This document shows, piece by piece, positions 24,336-36,772 of a stretch of DNA of 64,000 nucleotides. Each line of letters starts with the position of its first letter. Position 1 is the first letter of the stretch. Source of the stretch: Podarcis melisellensis (Eukaryota); NCBI GenBank assembly GCA_964234715.1, contig OZ174279.1; one strand, 5' to 3'. The notes beneath the pieces were generated by a model. That model made no database searches and was not told where the DNA came from. It saw only the letters and a program-made list of their open reading frames with translations. A program made the position numbers and the translations under genes.

Positions 24336-26878
24336 GTAAGTATAACTTGCTTATTATTATTGGGATAGTATTCAAAAGCAGTTAACTTTCTGTAAGGCTC
24401 ACAATAGCCTAGTTCACCTGCAACCTTAAATTATAGTCTTAAAACAAGACTGCTTTAACAAAGATGAATGCTTTGCTGCTCCCCTGTTCCTAGTTTGACA
24501 TTATGCGCAACCTGAGATTGCGCTGATTTGATAGACCTTGGTTTCTGCTCTTCATTTGGGTTTGCACATGACAAACCAAGCTTTGGCTTATTTAGTCTCC
24601 CAGTGACACAAGGGGTAAAATGCTTGTGTTTATTTAATTAGAGTTTAACTTAAAGGGAGTATGGCATCCTTTGTAAATAGGCAACCCACTTCTGATGCAG
24701 GTGAAATGAGACCATTGCAATATTTTGTATTATGCTCAAGCGCCAAGTCTTCCAATATCACATCACAATTCCAATATCACAATTATATTTGAGGACAGTG
24801 ACTTTTTTCCCCTTCTTCTGACTATCTGCTTTAAATCGTGAAATGATGTAGAAACAAGTTCTTGCTTGCAATTTGATACAGTAAGCCTGCAACTTGTGTG
24901 CTTTTAACAAATGTGCATTCAGCTTTATGGGTGTGACAATTTTTTTAAAAAAAGATGGTTGGGGTTCCTGGAAAAATGACTTGGGTAACCCCACCCTCCA
25001 TTGAACCCAATGTTTTAACTACACGCAGTTTTGCTGAAATTCAGTTTTTAAAGTCATAACCAATTGAACAGTAGCATGTTAATTTAAAATCTGGAATTGT
25101 AGATTGGAAATAGTTGGAATCAGAGCTGCAGGTTTTCATTATTATTACTATATATTTATACCCCATCTTTTCCCCTGGTAGGCCTCAAGGTAGTTTAGTC
25201 ACCTGAAGTATGTGCTCATAAATATAGCAAAGTAATATATGATGCAGAGGATATTTTGTATCTTCATGAATGGTTGTCTGCATTTAGCAAACTCTTCAAC
25301 TAGTGTCCTCACTTACGTGAACATGAAACAGAAATAAAAGCTTTTTGGTCAGAACAGGTATTGTAGAATTATTTCCATTAAGAAACACTTGCCACAGTAG
25401 CAGTTGCTTCTGTTGTTGGGATAGGTAGAAAGTGGTATTGGGTTTAGAATTGAGGAAGAATAAACTTTTTAAATAGCCCTTATTGCTGCAAGGATATGCT
25501 GAAATATGTGTGGGGAATGCCAGCTTATATTTCAGAAGCTGAAGAAATGCTAAAATTTCCCATGCCTGGAGGTGGGCTTCATAGTCTGGAGAGCAGAATG
25601 GCTTTACATAATCCAGAAAATGTGCTTTTGTTCAGTTTGGATGCTGAATTTGGATTGCCTAGGTTGAGAATTGTAATTTAGTGAAAAAGTAAATGCAACT
25701 CTGAATAGCTCTTCTAAAGCAGGGTTCTGATATCCTGCTGTGAAAAATTTCACAACTTCCAATTGCTTCCTGCATTTGTTTTTTAGTGGTTATCTCCTTG
25801 CATTCTGTGGTTACAGCTGCTTCATAAGGCACTGTGCTTGTTTCCTCTTACCACAGGAGAGCTTCTAGCTGCAATTGAATGATCTGCTTGAAGTTGCAGA
25901 TGGGCTGCGTTGTAGCTGCCTTTGGCTATTCATCAAAGAAAACATTTAAAACAAAACTGGCAATGATGATACCTGGTGAAAAGTGAAAAATATCTTGCAA
26001 CTTTAATATAATTCGTTTCACTAAGCCACATTGTTAAACTCTGATTTAGATTAATCTTATAAAGACTGCTAGATGTGTTGCCTGTATAAATTCTTTTGAT
26101 TTTTTCAGAGGGACAAATTCTGGATAAAGATCTTTCAAATATAATGATGTAGGGGAAAAATATTCTGTACTTGAAGACAGACAAAAAGAAATTAATTTTC
26201 TCTATAAATCCCCCTGTCCTTCTTTTAGCAGTGCTTTCACTTTTTCTTTTCTAAGAGTCTGTTTCCCAGTCTGTCTTGCTGCTGCTGCTACTTTACTTAA
26301 AGAAATCTGAAATCATCTTTATATTTTTAGCACTGTAAATATATGTGTAACCTGCTCTGAACTCTGAAGATCAGGCAGGAGAGAAATTCAGATAAATGTA
26401 CCTTCAAGATTTGTTTGATAGTCATTATGCCTAAAATATATTTCACTTTGAAAGTATATATTTAAATTCTCGAGTCTAGCAAGATTAGTTTGGTTTCCCA
26501 GGCAACTGGAGGTCTTTATTTGGCTAACCACAACTGCGGTAAGGCTGAGTAAAATTCCTAGAGCTCTTGTTCAGCTGAAACTCCCTCTTGTAGAGATCAA
26601 AGAGAATAAAACTATTGCTTAAGTATTTATCTCCTTCGAGAGTGTATCTTTTTCTTTTTGTGAAACCTGTAGATTTTTGTAGTAAAACCACAATCACTGA
26701 CTCTTGTTCATAGTATGAAATATAAATGGGTTTGGAAGGGGTTACAGTTTGAATTGGAAGTTTCATGTAAGAAGCAATAGCTGATGTAATGTTACCTGAA
26801 GCTGTGCTTAGTTGTCTGATGCTTGTAAATATCTGTAATCAAAATGTGTTAAGCTGTATGAAAAAATACAGGCATTTA

Positions 26879-27925
26879 ATCATAGATTTGGAACGGATCA
26901 TGGAGTTCATTTAGTCCAACCTCTTGCCTTGTGCAGGATCTTCAGTGTAGCTATTTAAGCCTTTGCTTAAATATCTTCATTAAAGCAGAGCCCACCCCCT
27001 CCTGAGGTAGCTCTTACATTGTCAAACAGCTCTTACTGTTAGGAAGTTTATCTAATGGTCTTGTTTACACTCTGATTCTGCTTGCCACCTCCCCAAAGGC
27101 AACAGGTTGGCCACTAGGAGAACAAATGTTGGACTAGGTGGGCCTTCGGCCTGATCAAGCAAGGCTCTTTTCACATTATTTAGCTGAAACCTGGTTTCCA
27201 TTTCCACATCTTAGTTCTAGTCTTGTCTTAGAGAATAACAGAAAGCTAGCCTGCTCTACCTTCTGCATGACAATATCACCATCCTGTTTCTCGCCAGCTA
27301 AACAGTTAGTTTCTAGATTCTTCACCATCCTGGTCACCTTCCTCTGGACATGCTGCCAGTTGTCTGTCTCCTCCTTAAAAGGCAGTGTCCAGAGCTGAGC
27401 ATAGTATTTCAGATCTGGTCTGCTTAGCAGCGAATAGTGTGTGTTTCTGTCAATGCTGCCGGAGATTGCATTTAGTATTTTACCAACCTCTTTCAACTGC
27501 TAGTGCAGCTTTATCTTGTGACTAATTTAGACAAATCTTTTCAAAGTATTGTTGCAAAGCTAGGTTTATTCCCTCCCTATATTTATGTATTTGATTCTTG
27601 GTACCTAAATGCAGGATTTTATTTTTATCTCTGCTGAATTCTTATCATGTTGGTTTGGGTCCATTGTTCCAACCAAGATAAATGCAAGCTGCATATTTGA
27701 TAAGCTTCCCTTCTACTTTGACCAAGTCATTTGTAAAAATGTTGAACAGCATAGGCCCTAAGGCAGAGCCCTATGCCATTCCAATGAAAGCCTTCCTTAA
27801 GCTTGACAAAGTCATTAATGAGCACCCACTGGGTACAGTTGTTCAACCAGCTGTGGATATACCCAAGACTTGTTATCTAACCCATATTTTACCAGCTTGT
27901 CAAGAAGGATATTGTGCAAATTTTG
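26879..27925 (-). mobile_element. Degraded CR1 LINE (ORF2 C-terminus and 3' UTR)
   Basis: ORF 27176..27496(-) YAQLWTLPFKEETDNWQHVQRKVTRMVKNLE resembles the CR1 motif YCVQFWAPxFKKDIxKLERVQRRATKMVKGLE; CR1-like 3' end near 26880. Confidence 0.8.
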
Positions 27926-28471
27926 TAATCATGGTAGCTGTTTTAGAGTACATTGGTCATTTTATGAGATAGTAGCTCTCTCCATTTGAAGAATCCCTTA
28001 AAAATAAACATATAATCTAACTCTCTGTAAAGTCAGTTGAATTCTCTGTGGTGCTGAATATCTAGTGCACTTCTTGGTAACTTCATGAATGGAGGCTAGA
28101 TGGCAGTATAAGAGCATAAGCTGATGGTTTAAACATCCTTCGAATCATATCAGGTGGACAGCTTTCATGGTGCCTCCTTTATTCTTTATGTAATTGAATA
28201 TAAAAATACAGTATTAAATGCAAATATCTGCAGCTGTAAATGTATCTACTTTCATTTGCCATAGTGAAAGTGTCTATGCTATACATATCTAATTATTTGC
28301 ACAGAAGTTAGCATGTTTGCCATAGCTTTCCAATGAGTAAAATACTGAAAAACTTACCAGGTACAAAGTAGTATCATTAGTATGGTGTTAGTTCCACTTA
28401 AGTGACCCTGCCTATATTTTATATCTGGTGATAGTAGCTATTTGCGGCTATTGCACTATTTTAAAGGTGTC

Positions 28472-28473
28472 AT

Positions 28474-28512
<39 letters not shown>
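28472..28512. repeat. (ATTT)n microsatellite
   Basis: About 10 perfect units. Confidence 0.95.
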
Positions 28513-28513
<1 letters not shown>

Positions 28514-29230
28514 AACTATTCTACCCTGCCAGCCCACTGAAAGGACTTCACTAATTTAGTTTTGTTTTTCATACCATGAAATTTAATCATGTAAATTTAC
28601 TATGTGTTCTTTGAATGACTTGGTGAATTTACATATTTAAATATTTGCTCTGCATATTTTGCTCTCATTGTATATAACAAATTGCATTATCAGTACCTTT
28701 GTTTTCCATTTAATTTTAGAAGTAGAGAATACTTCCCATAATGCAAATTTTAATACTTCTATATTAGCAGATTATTAAGTGTTTTGTAATAAGCTGCTAG
28801 ACTTTGCATAAGCAAATGTATTGGTAGTATTAATATGTTTTAAAATGCTGCTCAAAGGAACTTAAAATTTAATATTTCCTTTCTGTGATCTTGCTGTGTT
28901 CATGTTTCTGTTCCCAGCTTTCTGGGTTCAATTCAGCTAAGGTTTTGAATAGGTGGAGCAAGGTTTGTTAACGCATTTGGACTTTCTCCCCTCTCCCTGT
29001 GTGCTCCTTACACTCCCTAAAACTCTTCTGCCCTCCCCCCCCCCATTTAGGTGGTGTGGGGTTACACAAGGGGTGGAAAGGAAGTCCTGTTGTACAAGCA
29101 GACTTCATTTTGCTCTTACATACCCCCCCCTTAACACTGTCTGGATCTAGACACATCAAAGAAGTATTTCAGTTTAAAGCTTTGTAAATTTGAACAGGGA
29201 AAACAGGTAGAGAAAAATGGGACACTACAT

Positions 29231-29244
29231 TGCCATCTGGTGGC
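29231..29244 (-). promoter_or_regulatory. CTCF core motif
   Basis: Minus strand reads GCCACCAGATGGCA, a full match to the CCASYAGRKGGCR consensus. Confidence 0.6.
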
Positions 29245-31252
29245 ACCATGTTATATCACATATGCAACACATATAAATTGATTTTTCTTTACCAGTCTAG
29301 CTGAGTCCACTATATTGAACTCCACCTTATGTATCTAGTGTGTGTGTATATACATATATGCTATAGGTTTCCTGAATGTTGTTTGAAGAGACAAGTATTA
29401 AATTAAGTATTTGGGGGTTAGGGTTGCTGCTGGGGGAGCAAAGAGTGGATTTTGTGTCACTGGTAGACTGCAATTTCTGGTTGACTACCTAACAGGTCCT
29501 AACACCTACTAGCAGCTGGGATTTCCCAAAGAATGCTGTACTATGTAGGTATTGATTTTACCCACCAGCAAGGAAATGGTACACACTCAGTACCACATAA
29601 CACAGATTAGTTATGCCTTAACTGTTAGGAGGGCATACTTGTGGTCTTTTGTTTCATAATATAGGATGTATCTTTGAACCATAGTAATTCTAGTCTATTG
29701 TTGTTTTTAAAGAAAATACCAAACAAGAGCTAAAGTCTGCCTGTCCCTGCCTTACAGGATGTTATCAAACTATAGTTGTATTCCTGGTATATTTTTGTGC
29801 ATTTCAGGAAATGAACTAAGTATGTCCCTTATTAGTGGTAGTAAATGCGCATTTTAAGTCAGTAATGCTAATGCTTTTTTAAAAAAAGATAATCTATGAG
29901 CATGTTTGTCATCTCAGTCTGTTCATTAAACCTGGGCCTTAGATATTATAATACTTAAAACAAAGACAGCATTGTAAGTGTTGTTTTCCATTCTTCTCAT
30001 AGACGTTATACACAGGATGGCTGTCCTCATTTTTCTTTTTTTAATCTCCTCTAGTATGTGGTATGTATGCATTCATTCTCAAATTTGGTTTTAAGGAGCT
30101 TGATTATATTACTCCGAAACCTTGAGAGATGCTAATGAACGTTGTTTAATCTTCTAGATTATCTATATTTTCATTTTGAATGTGGGACTGCTTCCCAGAT
30201 TCTTTCAGAGTAATGGTGTTGGTTTGTTGCTGTTCAAAACCGAAACTTCTTTACCAGTAAGACACTTGTCTGCATTTTGTTTCCAAACTTACCAAAGCTT
30301 GGTGATTGCCTTTGGCAACAAAATAAAATAGAGAGTTGTAGAAGGCACGCCCTGCCACGCTGAGCAAATATGAGCCTATAAAGAGAAATGTGGGAGGAAT
30401 CAAAGTAGATGAGAACCCTAGGAATGAGTAATACTGCTGCAGTTGGCACTGACCTATATGTTTAAATCTTACAAACTAGTGAAAAGTAACCATATTGATA
30501 GAAACCATCCCAGTTCACACACTCCATGCAGAACTAGTATAAACATGTAGAGATGGAGGTTGAGGTTTCAGTACACATTCTGTGGGCAGAAGCCAGTGGA
30601 AAGTTCTCCTTCTTAAGTGTTTTTGAAAAGAACCAGGGAAGCTTTGCAAAAGCATGCCTTTAATTTTAATTCCATGTGTGCTAGAGACATACCATTTTAT
30701 CCGTATGTTCTAAACATGTAGATTTTTTTTTTTAGTTTCATGCACTCATGCTTGTAGGATGGGTCGGGAGAGTAAAAAGTTTCTTGAAGAAATGGAATCA
30801 CATTCTAGTGCAGAGGATAGACATCTAATGAGTTCTTTTAATTTGTTTAAAAAAGGAGCATGTACTAATATAACAGCATTACAAGCAATATGAATGCTCG
30901 TTATTACAGATGAATTATTATTGTGCTTAGTTATTGCCTTCACATTTGTATAGGCTAGCTATCTTACACCTAATATCTGGCAGATGCGTAGCTACCATGG
31001 AGTGCAAATGTGTGCTAAATCTCCCTATTTTTTGGTGTTTGTGTCTATATGAATAAAATTTGTTAAATTGGAAGAGACATTTTTTGTCCAAATAAATTAT
31101 TCTCTAATATTTACTTCAGCAAATACTTCATGGATGTTTTTGTTTTGTTTTTATTTTATTTTATTTTTATTTTTTGCTTGCTTGCTTGCTTGCCTGAGTC
31201 AATAAGATGATGGAGGGGTGGTGGCTTCAAATGCTAATAGTAGCACTTCTTT

Positions 31253-31490
31253 GTCACCATGACAACAGTCATACTGACCTATGTGATTGTTTAGTTGGCT
31301 TCAGGGAGACTGGAGATGTTAAGGCAATGTCAGTGGTTGCTGCTTCCTGATTGGACAGCTAGTTGATTAAGGTTAGAAGGACTCCCTGACTTGCCACATG
31401 GTTTCTATGGTAGCTGCAATAGTAAGCCTAAGTTGTGGAGCATTTTTACACTTAATCATCTTCCTTTTTTCATTCTTAAAGGTATGAATG
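31253..31490 (+). promoter_or_regulatory. Candidate intronic alternative promoter (two RFX X-boxes and a reverse CCAAT)
   Basis: GTCACCATGACAAC (31253-66), CTGATTGG (31347-54) and GTTTCTATGGTAGC (31401-14), followed by donor-like GTAAGC (31422) and AG|GTATGA (31482). Confidence 0.4.
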
Positions 31491-32603
31491 CTATTACATT
31501 GTGCTAATTGTGTTACCTGGGTAGGAGTTAAATTGTGTGATGTTCTAAGTCTGATAGCTCAAAACATAACAACATAAAATTTTATATATCAAAATCAGTC
31601 TAGTTGCCCCTCTCCTTTTTGCGAAAGAGAGAATATCACTGTTGGGATTCCTAGTCAAGCCTTACTTTTCTGTAACTTTCTGACTTGTTTCAGGTAATGG
31701 TTGTAAGGCAATGCGGAGAACAAAACCTTGTCTGCCAATCCTTCATTTATTTGAGTGCAGGATATGACTAAGCTTGACACTATGGCATGGCCAGTGAGCT
31801 TTGCCCAGATGTTTCTAAGTTTATATTGTTCCCTATCATTTTGTTTCCCATGTTGTTTCAATTTCTTAATTTTAATGAGATGAGGCAGCTAAATATCAGA
31901 ATTAAGTTAGGGTTGTTGTTTTTTTTACTGCAAGGTATTTACTGAGATACAGGGACTCTCGGTTTCTTTTGACATATATTTGTGCTGTTTTTAACGACAG
32001 AGTAATTTTCAGCTAATATTTTTCTAACGTAATAGACTTATTAAGATTGATAAAATTATAAGTTTACTCAGTAACTATATTTAAAAATCACTTTCAAAAC
32101 TAAATTATGTAGAGCAGGCAGGGGAAACCTCCACCTTGTAGGGATCCTAATTTTGTCCACAAGTTCTAGCTGGCCTAGCTATCCCTGAAGTTTCCCCTTC
32201 CCTCTGCATCTGGCAATTTACATCTGTAGATGGATCTGCTGTAGCCATTGGAATGATTCTTCTGTTCCTCTGCATGACTAGCATTGCAGCTGTTCAGGCA
32301 GGCAGGTCTAATACCTTTCTAGCCTTGGTTTCTAAACCTGTCTATTTTTTATGTGGAAAATTCAGCACCATAAAACTAGTGCATTATAAGAAAGGGAAGG
32401 GAAGCTAGTTCTCCTGGTACTTCCAGGAGCTTGAAAAGATGACACGCCTTGGCTTGGAGCATGGTAATTTCACATTGGTGTTCTGATGTGTGAGACAGCT
32501 GGAGAGTCAATGAAATGTTTATTTCAAAAGGCACATAGTTTAAACTGGAGAGACAGACACAAATGTGCACATCTTGTAGCAGGTATTTTTTATTTTCTTG
32601 TAG

Positions 32604-32694
32604 GATATTTTGAATAATCTTGATTCATGCGATCTTGAAGATGATGATCTTATGCTCGATGTTGACTTACCTGAAGACGCACCCTGTGATAATG
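32604..32694 (+). CDS. CCSER2: CCSER2 exon 4
   Basis: DILNNLDSCDLEDDDLMLDVDLPEDAPCDN. TTGTAG acceptor, ATG|GTTAGT donor; 91 nt, phase 0 to 1. Absent from the ORF track. Confidence 0.95.
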
Positions 32695-34333
32695 GTTAGT
32701 GAAATAATTTGAATATGTTTAAATGCTTTATTGCAACTTCCCTTACCCGGGCTACTTTGGTTGCCCATCTCTCTTTCCTTGCCAACTATGACTGTCATTT
32801 CCTGAACTTGGGAAACATCCACAGAGGTACCATCAGCAACACTGAGCCCTGTGTTCAGCTTCATGTCTTTATTCAGGGGAAATTGCTGCTCCTACTACTG
32901 TAATACAGCTTCTAAAGGATCCTGTTCTGAAAACAGCATTTCCTTAAAACCTTTTTCAAACAGTTTGTGAGCACTAATTTTACTTAGTGTCATGGCTTTC
33001 AGCTTTCAAAGTACTTTTAAGGAGAATTCTTGATGTGTTTTGTATTGCATTCTATATAAGAGATTTTTAAATAATCACATACTTTTTTGTGTAAAAGCTC
33101 AGCCAGAGTGTACAAGTATTTTATACAAATACTTTTGGCTTTTTTAGGATTAAGTTGTGAAAGCTGTTACATGTAGATGGAGTTCTAATATCTGTTGAAG
33201 AATAGCTTTTAATATACGATTGTGTTGAATGTTTTAATGCACCTTACTTTATACTTGTTAGATTCCTCATAAAAAGTTTATTAAATAAGTTTGTTAGAAT
33301 AGTTCATAGGGCTGTATTTTACTTGTTACATTTTGGAGTCTGTGAGGGAACTTGCACTCTATTTATAGCAACGGTTCTAGTGCAGCAAGTATGTTCTCAG
33401 TGAGCAAGGCGGTAGTTCTAAATCACAGGGTCAAATTGGGCTCATTTCCCAACAATACGCAAGCAGGGAATGAGCAGGAAGGAAGGCCTGTTTACCACGG
33501 TCTTATGCAAAACTATGTCTGAGTAGGCAGTAGAATAAGACTGCTCAGTTTTATGAAAAGCTTCTCGTAGCCGAGGCCTGACAATGTGAAGAGAAAGTGT
33601 CTGGGTAAGTAAAAAGCCTAAAGGGTTTCTTGAAACTTTTCCTTCCTGGCAGTATTTTCCATTATTATTTTTTACTTGGCTTTTAATAGCTTGTAAGTAG
33701 CTGCCAGTCACAGCTTTCACTGACTAATCTGTTGTTGTTGTTGCTCATGCAAACTGAGAGATCTCTGAAATCTCATTTTCATTATGTGATAGAATGTATA
33801 TGTTAAAACTTTTTTGTATTTAAAAAAGCTTTCTGTTTAAATATTCATATATTTATCTTGCCATAAAATGAAATGCTGTTTCTGTTGCTTTTAAAGGTTG
33901 CTCTTAAATCTTAGGATACTGATGGCAAGGGAATTACTCTTTACAACAAAAAATACTGCTGAATTCTGTCAGCATCAGTTTAAGTTTTGATTACTTCTTG
34001 TCCTTTGTGATTGAAGCAATAAGTTTCTTAACTGAAGTAGTAATGTGACCTTGTGGATGCAATTATTTAAAACATATGTATCCTGCCTTTTGCTGTTGAA
34101 CTGATGAACAACAGTAATTAAAGTCTCATCACAGTTTTATACAAATAATTAAAAGCACCAAGTTAGCAGCAGTAGCAGTTGATAACACAAATTTGTTGTA
34201 CATCAGTTCCTGTACTTATTTCTGTACATCATTGTAAATCAGTAATGAGTTATATCTGGCAGCCACTTTGCATTTCTGGGTGATCATATTTCCATTTAGA
34301 TGAATATTGAAATAGTTTCTATTATCTATGTAG

Positions 34334-34493
34334 TGGATTGTGAAAATATGAATCGTTATGAGCGGCCAGAAAGAAATATTCGACAGCAGAAGGAGGGGTT
34401 GTGGAAAAGGACACCACAACGATGGAATGCCCAAGACCATTATCATCTTGGTCATACTGACCATTTTTCCCATAGTAGAAACGATCTGAACAG
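34334..34493 (+). CDS. CCSER2: CCSER2 exon 5
   Basis: (V)DCENMNRYERPERNIRQQKEGLWKRTPQRWNAQDHYHLGHTDHFSHSRNDLN(R). CAG|GTAAGG donor; 160 nt, phase 1 to 2. Confidence 0.95.
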
Positions 34494-35015
34494 GTAAGGC
34501 CCTTACTTTTCACTCTTTTTGTTGTTGTTAAAACTATATATAATAAAAGAAAATGATTATAAATTAGTTTGGAGATGGTATTTAATTTAACACCAGTCAG
34601 ATTAAATCAAATAAACAAGGATTATTTGGTGTTATGTTGGAGGGGATGCGAGGAAACAGAATTAAGTTCACATGTGGTGGGGATGTAAATATGTACAATT
34701 TCTTTGGCAAAGGGTGTTTAAGGAGATAACAGAAATCATTTGGTTAAAGCTGACTGAAAGTACTTAGTGCTTATAGTCTACAGTTTATATTGTAGAAAAG
34801 GCTTCCTTTTCATGCATATACTGTACATATGCTGTCGAAAAACAAAGGTATCCTTTTTTCTTCAAGACTGTTTGAGCCCTATGTATAATTGATTGATTTA
34901 AGGATGGAGTGATAGCTGTAGTAATATTTGATTGGTATTAAAGATTTCAGAATGTTTCTCTTACTGAAGTACATCAGAAGATTGTCTATTAAAACATTTC
35001 TAAAACACTTTTCAG

Positions 35016-35205
35016 GAGCTGCAACTATTTTGACTCTCCTCCTGTCGGTCACCTTGAAGGATATGGAGCACCAAGCTTGTACCCACCTCTGAGAAGTTTG
35101 CCGGCAAACACTGTGATGCTGGATGAAATGACCCTTCGGCATATGGTTCAAGACTGCACATCTGTGAAAACTCAGTTATTAAAATTGAAAAGAATATTTA
35201 ATCAG
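35016..35205 (+). CDS. CCSER2: CCSER2 exon 6 (start of coiled-coil region)
   Basis: SCNYFDSPPVGHLEGYGAPSLYPPLRSLPANTVMLDEMTLRHMVQDCTSVKTQLLKLKRIFNQ. TTTCAG acceptor, CAG|GTTAGC donor; 190 nt, phase 2 to 0. Confidence 0.95.
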
Positions 35206-36729
35206 GTTAGCAAGTTTTTAACATGGGAATTGAAGGGACACTTGTCACTTGTTTGTGTTATGGTACTTGATGCTAATAAGTGTGTGCCACCATACCAACT
35301 GACCTAACCCTCCTTTGATTCTAGTCTTTATTATCAAGTAAAAGACTAGGGTGGCTTGGTGTTGTTGTTGTTTTTTAAAAAATAGCGAGCAATCGTATTT
35401 CATTTGAATTAAATTGCTTCATTTGTGATCAGTGTTAGAAACTGAAAAATGAAAGCTAGGAGCTAAATGGCACCTTAAACCTAGGTTATGGGCGCAACAA
35501 CAGAATGTCTAGGCACACTCTTTTTATAACAAGAATACATAGCTGAAAATGCAGCTAAAACAATATGTTCATTTTTCACATAGTCTAGTCCTTCCCCTGC
35601 CCACCCCCCTAATATTCTTAAGAGGGTCTCATTTCCAGTCTTCAGAGAGTAGCTGGAAGTGGGGAGGCAGAAAAGGTCCTCCTTTTCTTCTACTCTGCAG
35701 TTTTAACCTGAAATCTTAAGCGCAGTACTGTGCCCAGTGCTCAGAAACTGCTTGTGCTAATGAAATTCCCTGTTGCCAATGAGCCTAGAACAATAGGAGT
35801 TTCAAACACTGTTTGTGATGTAATTGTGCTCAAATCCATGGAAGTGAAGCAAAATCTGTTAGAATGCCCTATGTCACTGAAGGTCACTTCATAAGTTCCC
35901 CTTCATGCAAGGGGGAGCAGAAGTACATGTTTTGCCGAATGTGTGATGTGGTTCTGTCATGGGGAGGAAATAAACCTGTGTACAGGGGTTTTTTGGGCTT
36001 CCAGATGTTGCTGAACTGTGACCCTCATCATCCCTGGCTATTGCCTATGTTTTCTGGAGCTGATGGGAGTTATACATCTGGAGGGCCAAGGGTTCCCTAC
36101 ACCTGCTTTAGATGAAATAATGGTTGTGAATGTTCTAACACTTCTCAGCCAGATTTGTAGTGCTCATATTTCTATGGTGTTAATTCACATGCGTGTGGAT
36201 TGTTTTTCTTCTGCATAATAATTCGAAAAAGAAAAAGGTGTGATTGTTAGAGAGTCTTGCATACATAGCTTTATTGATAGGATCATACAAAGCTTTAGTC
36301 AAAGAACTGAAAATGTGTAAGTTAAATTGAGTGTTAACCTAATTGTTCTGGACTGGATTTGCCAATGTCTAGTCTAAGCCTCGCTAGAGAGAGGGAGGCC
36401 TGCTTCTGAAGTTACTTTGCGAAAACAATAACCGTAAACGTCATCCCTTTTTCCTGTGCATAACTGTCTTGGCTGAGCCTTTCTATTTTTGTACCTGTGA
36501 ATAACGTACCTGACTTTTCTAAGTACGAAAGGACTTCAGCTTCAAGAAACCCTACCCAGTAATGGGCACTCTAGCTGCCCTCCCTCTAGTCAGGTCCTCT
36601 GGCAAGTAGAGTACTGCTGTTAGCTACAGAGCAGCCTGGATGGAAAGGCGGAACGCTCCTTCCTTTAGGAGCTGTGCTTCCCAGGGTGCTTGTGTATGTA
36701 AAGCACTGCTCTTAAGTGCCATTCTGCTA

Positions 36730-36772
<43 letters not shown>
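36730..36772. repeat. (TAT)n microsatellite, probably the tail of a minus-strand LINE remnant
   Basis: About 14 units; explains the poly-Tyr and poly-Asn ORFs in the track. Confidence 0.9.
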
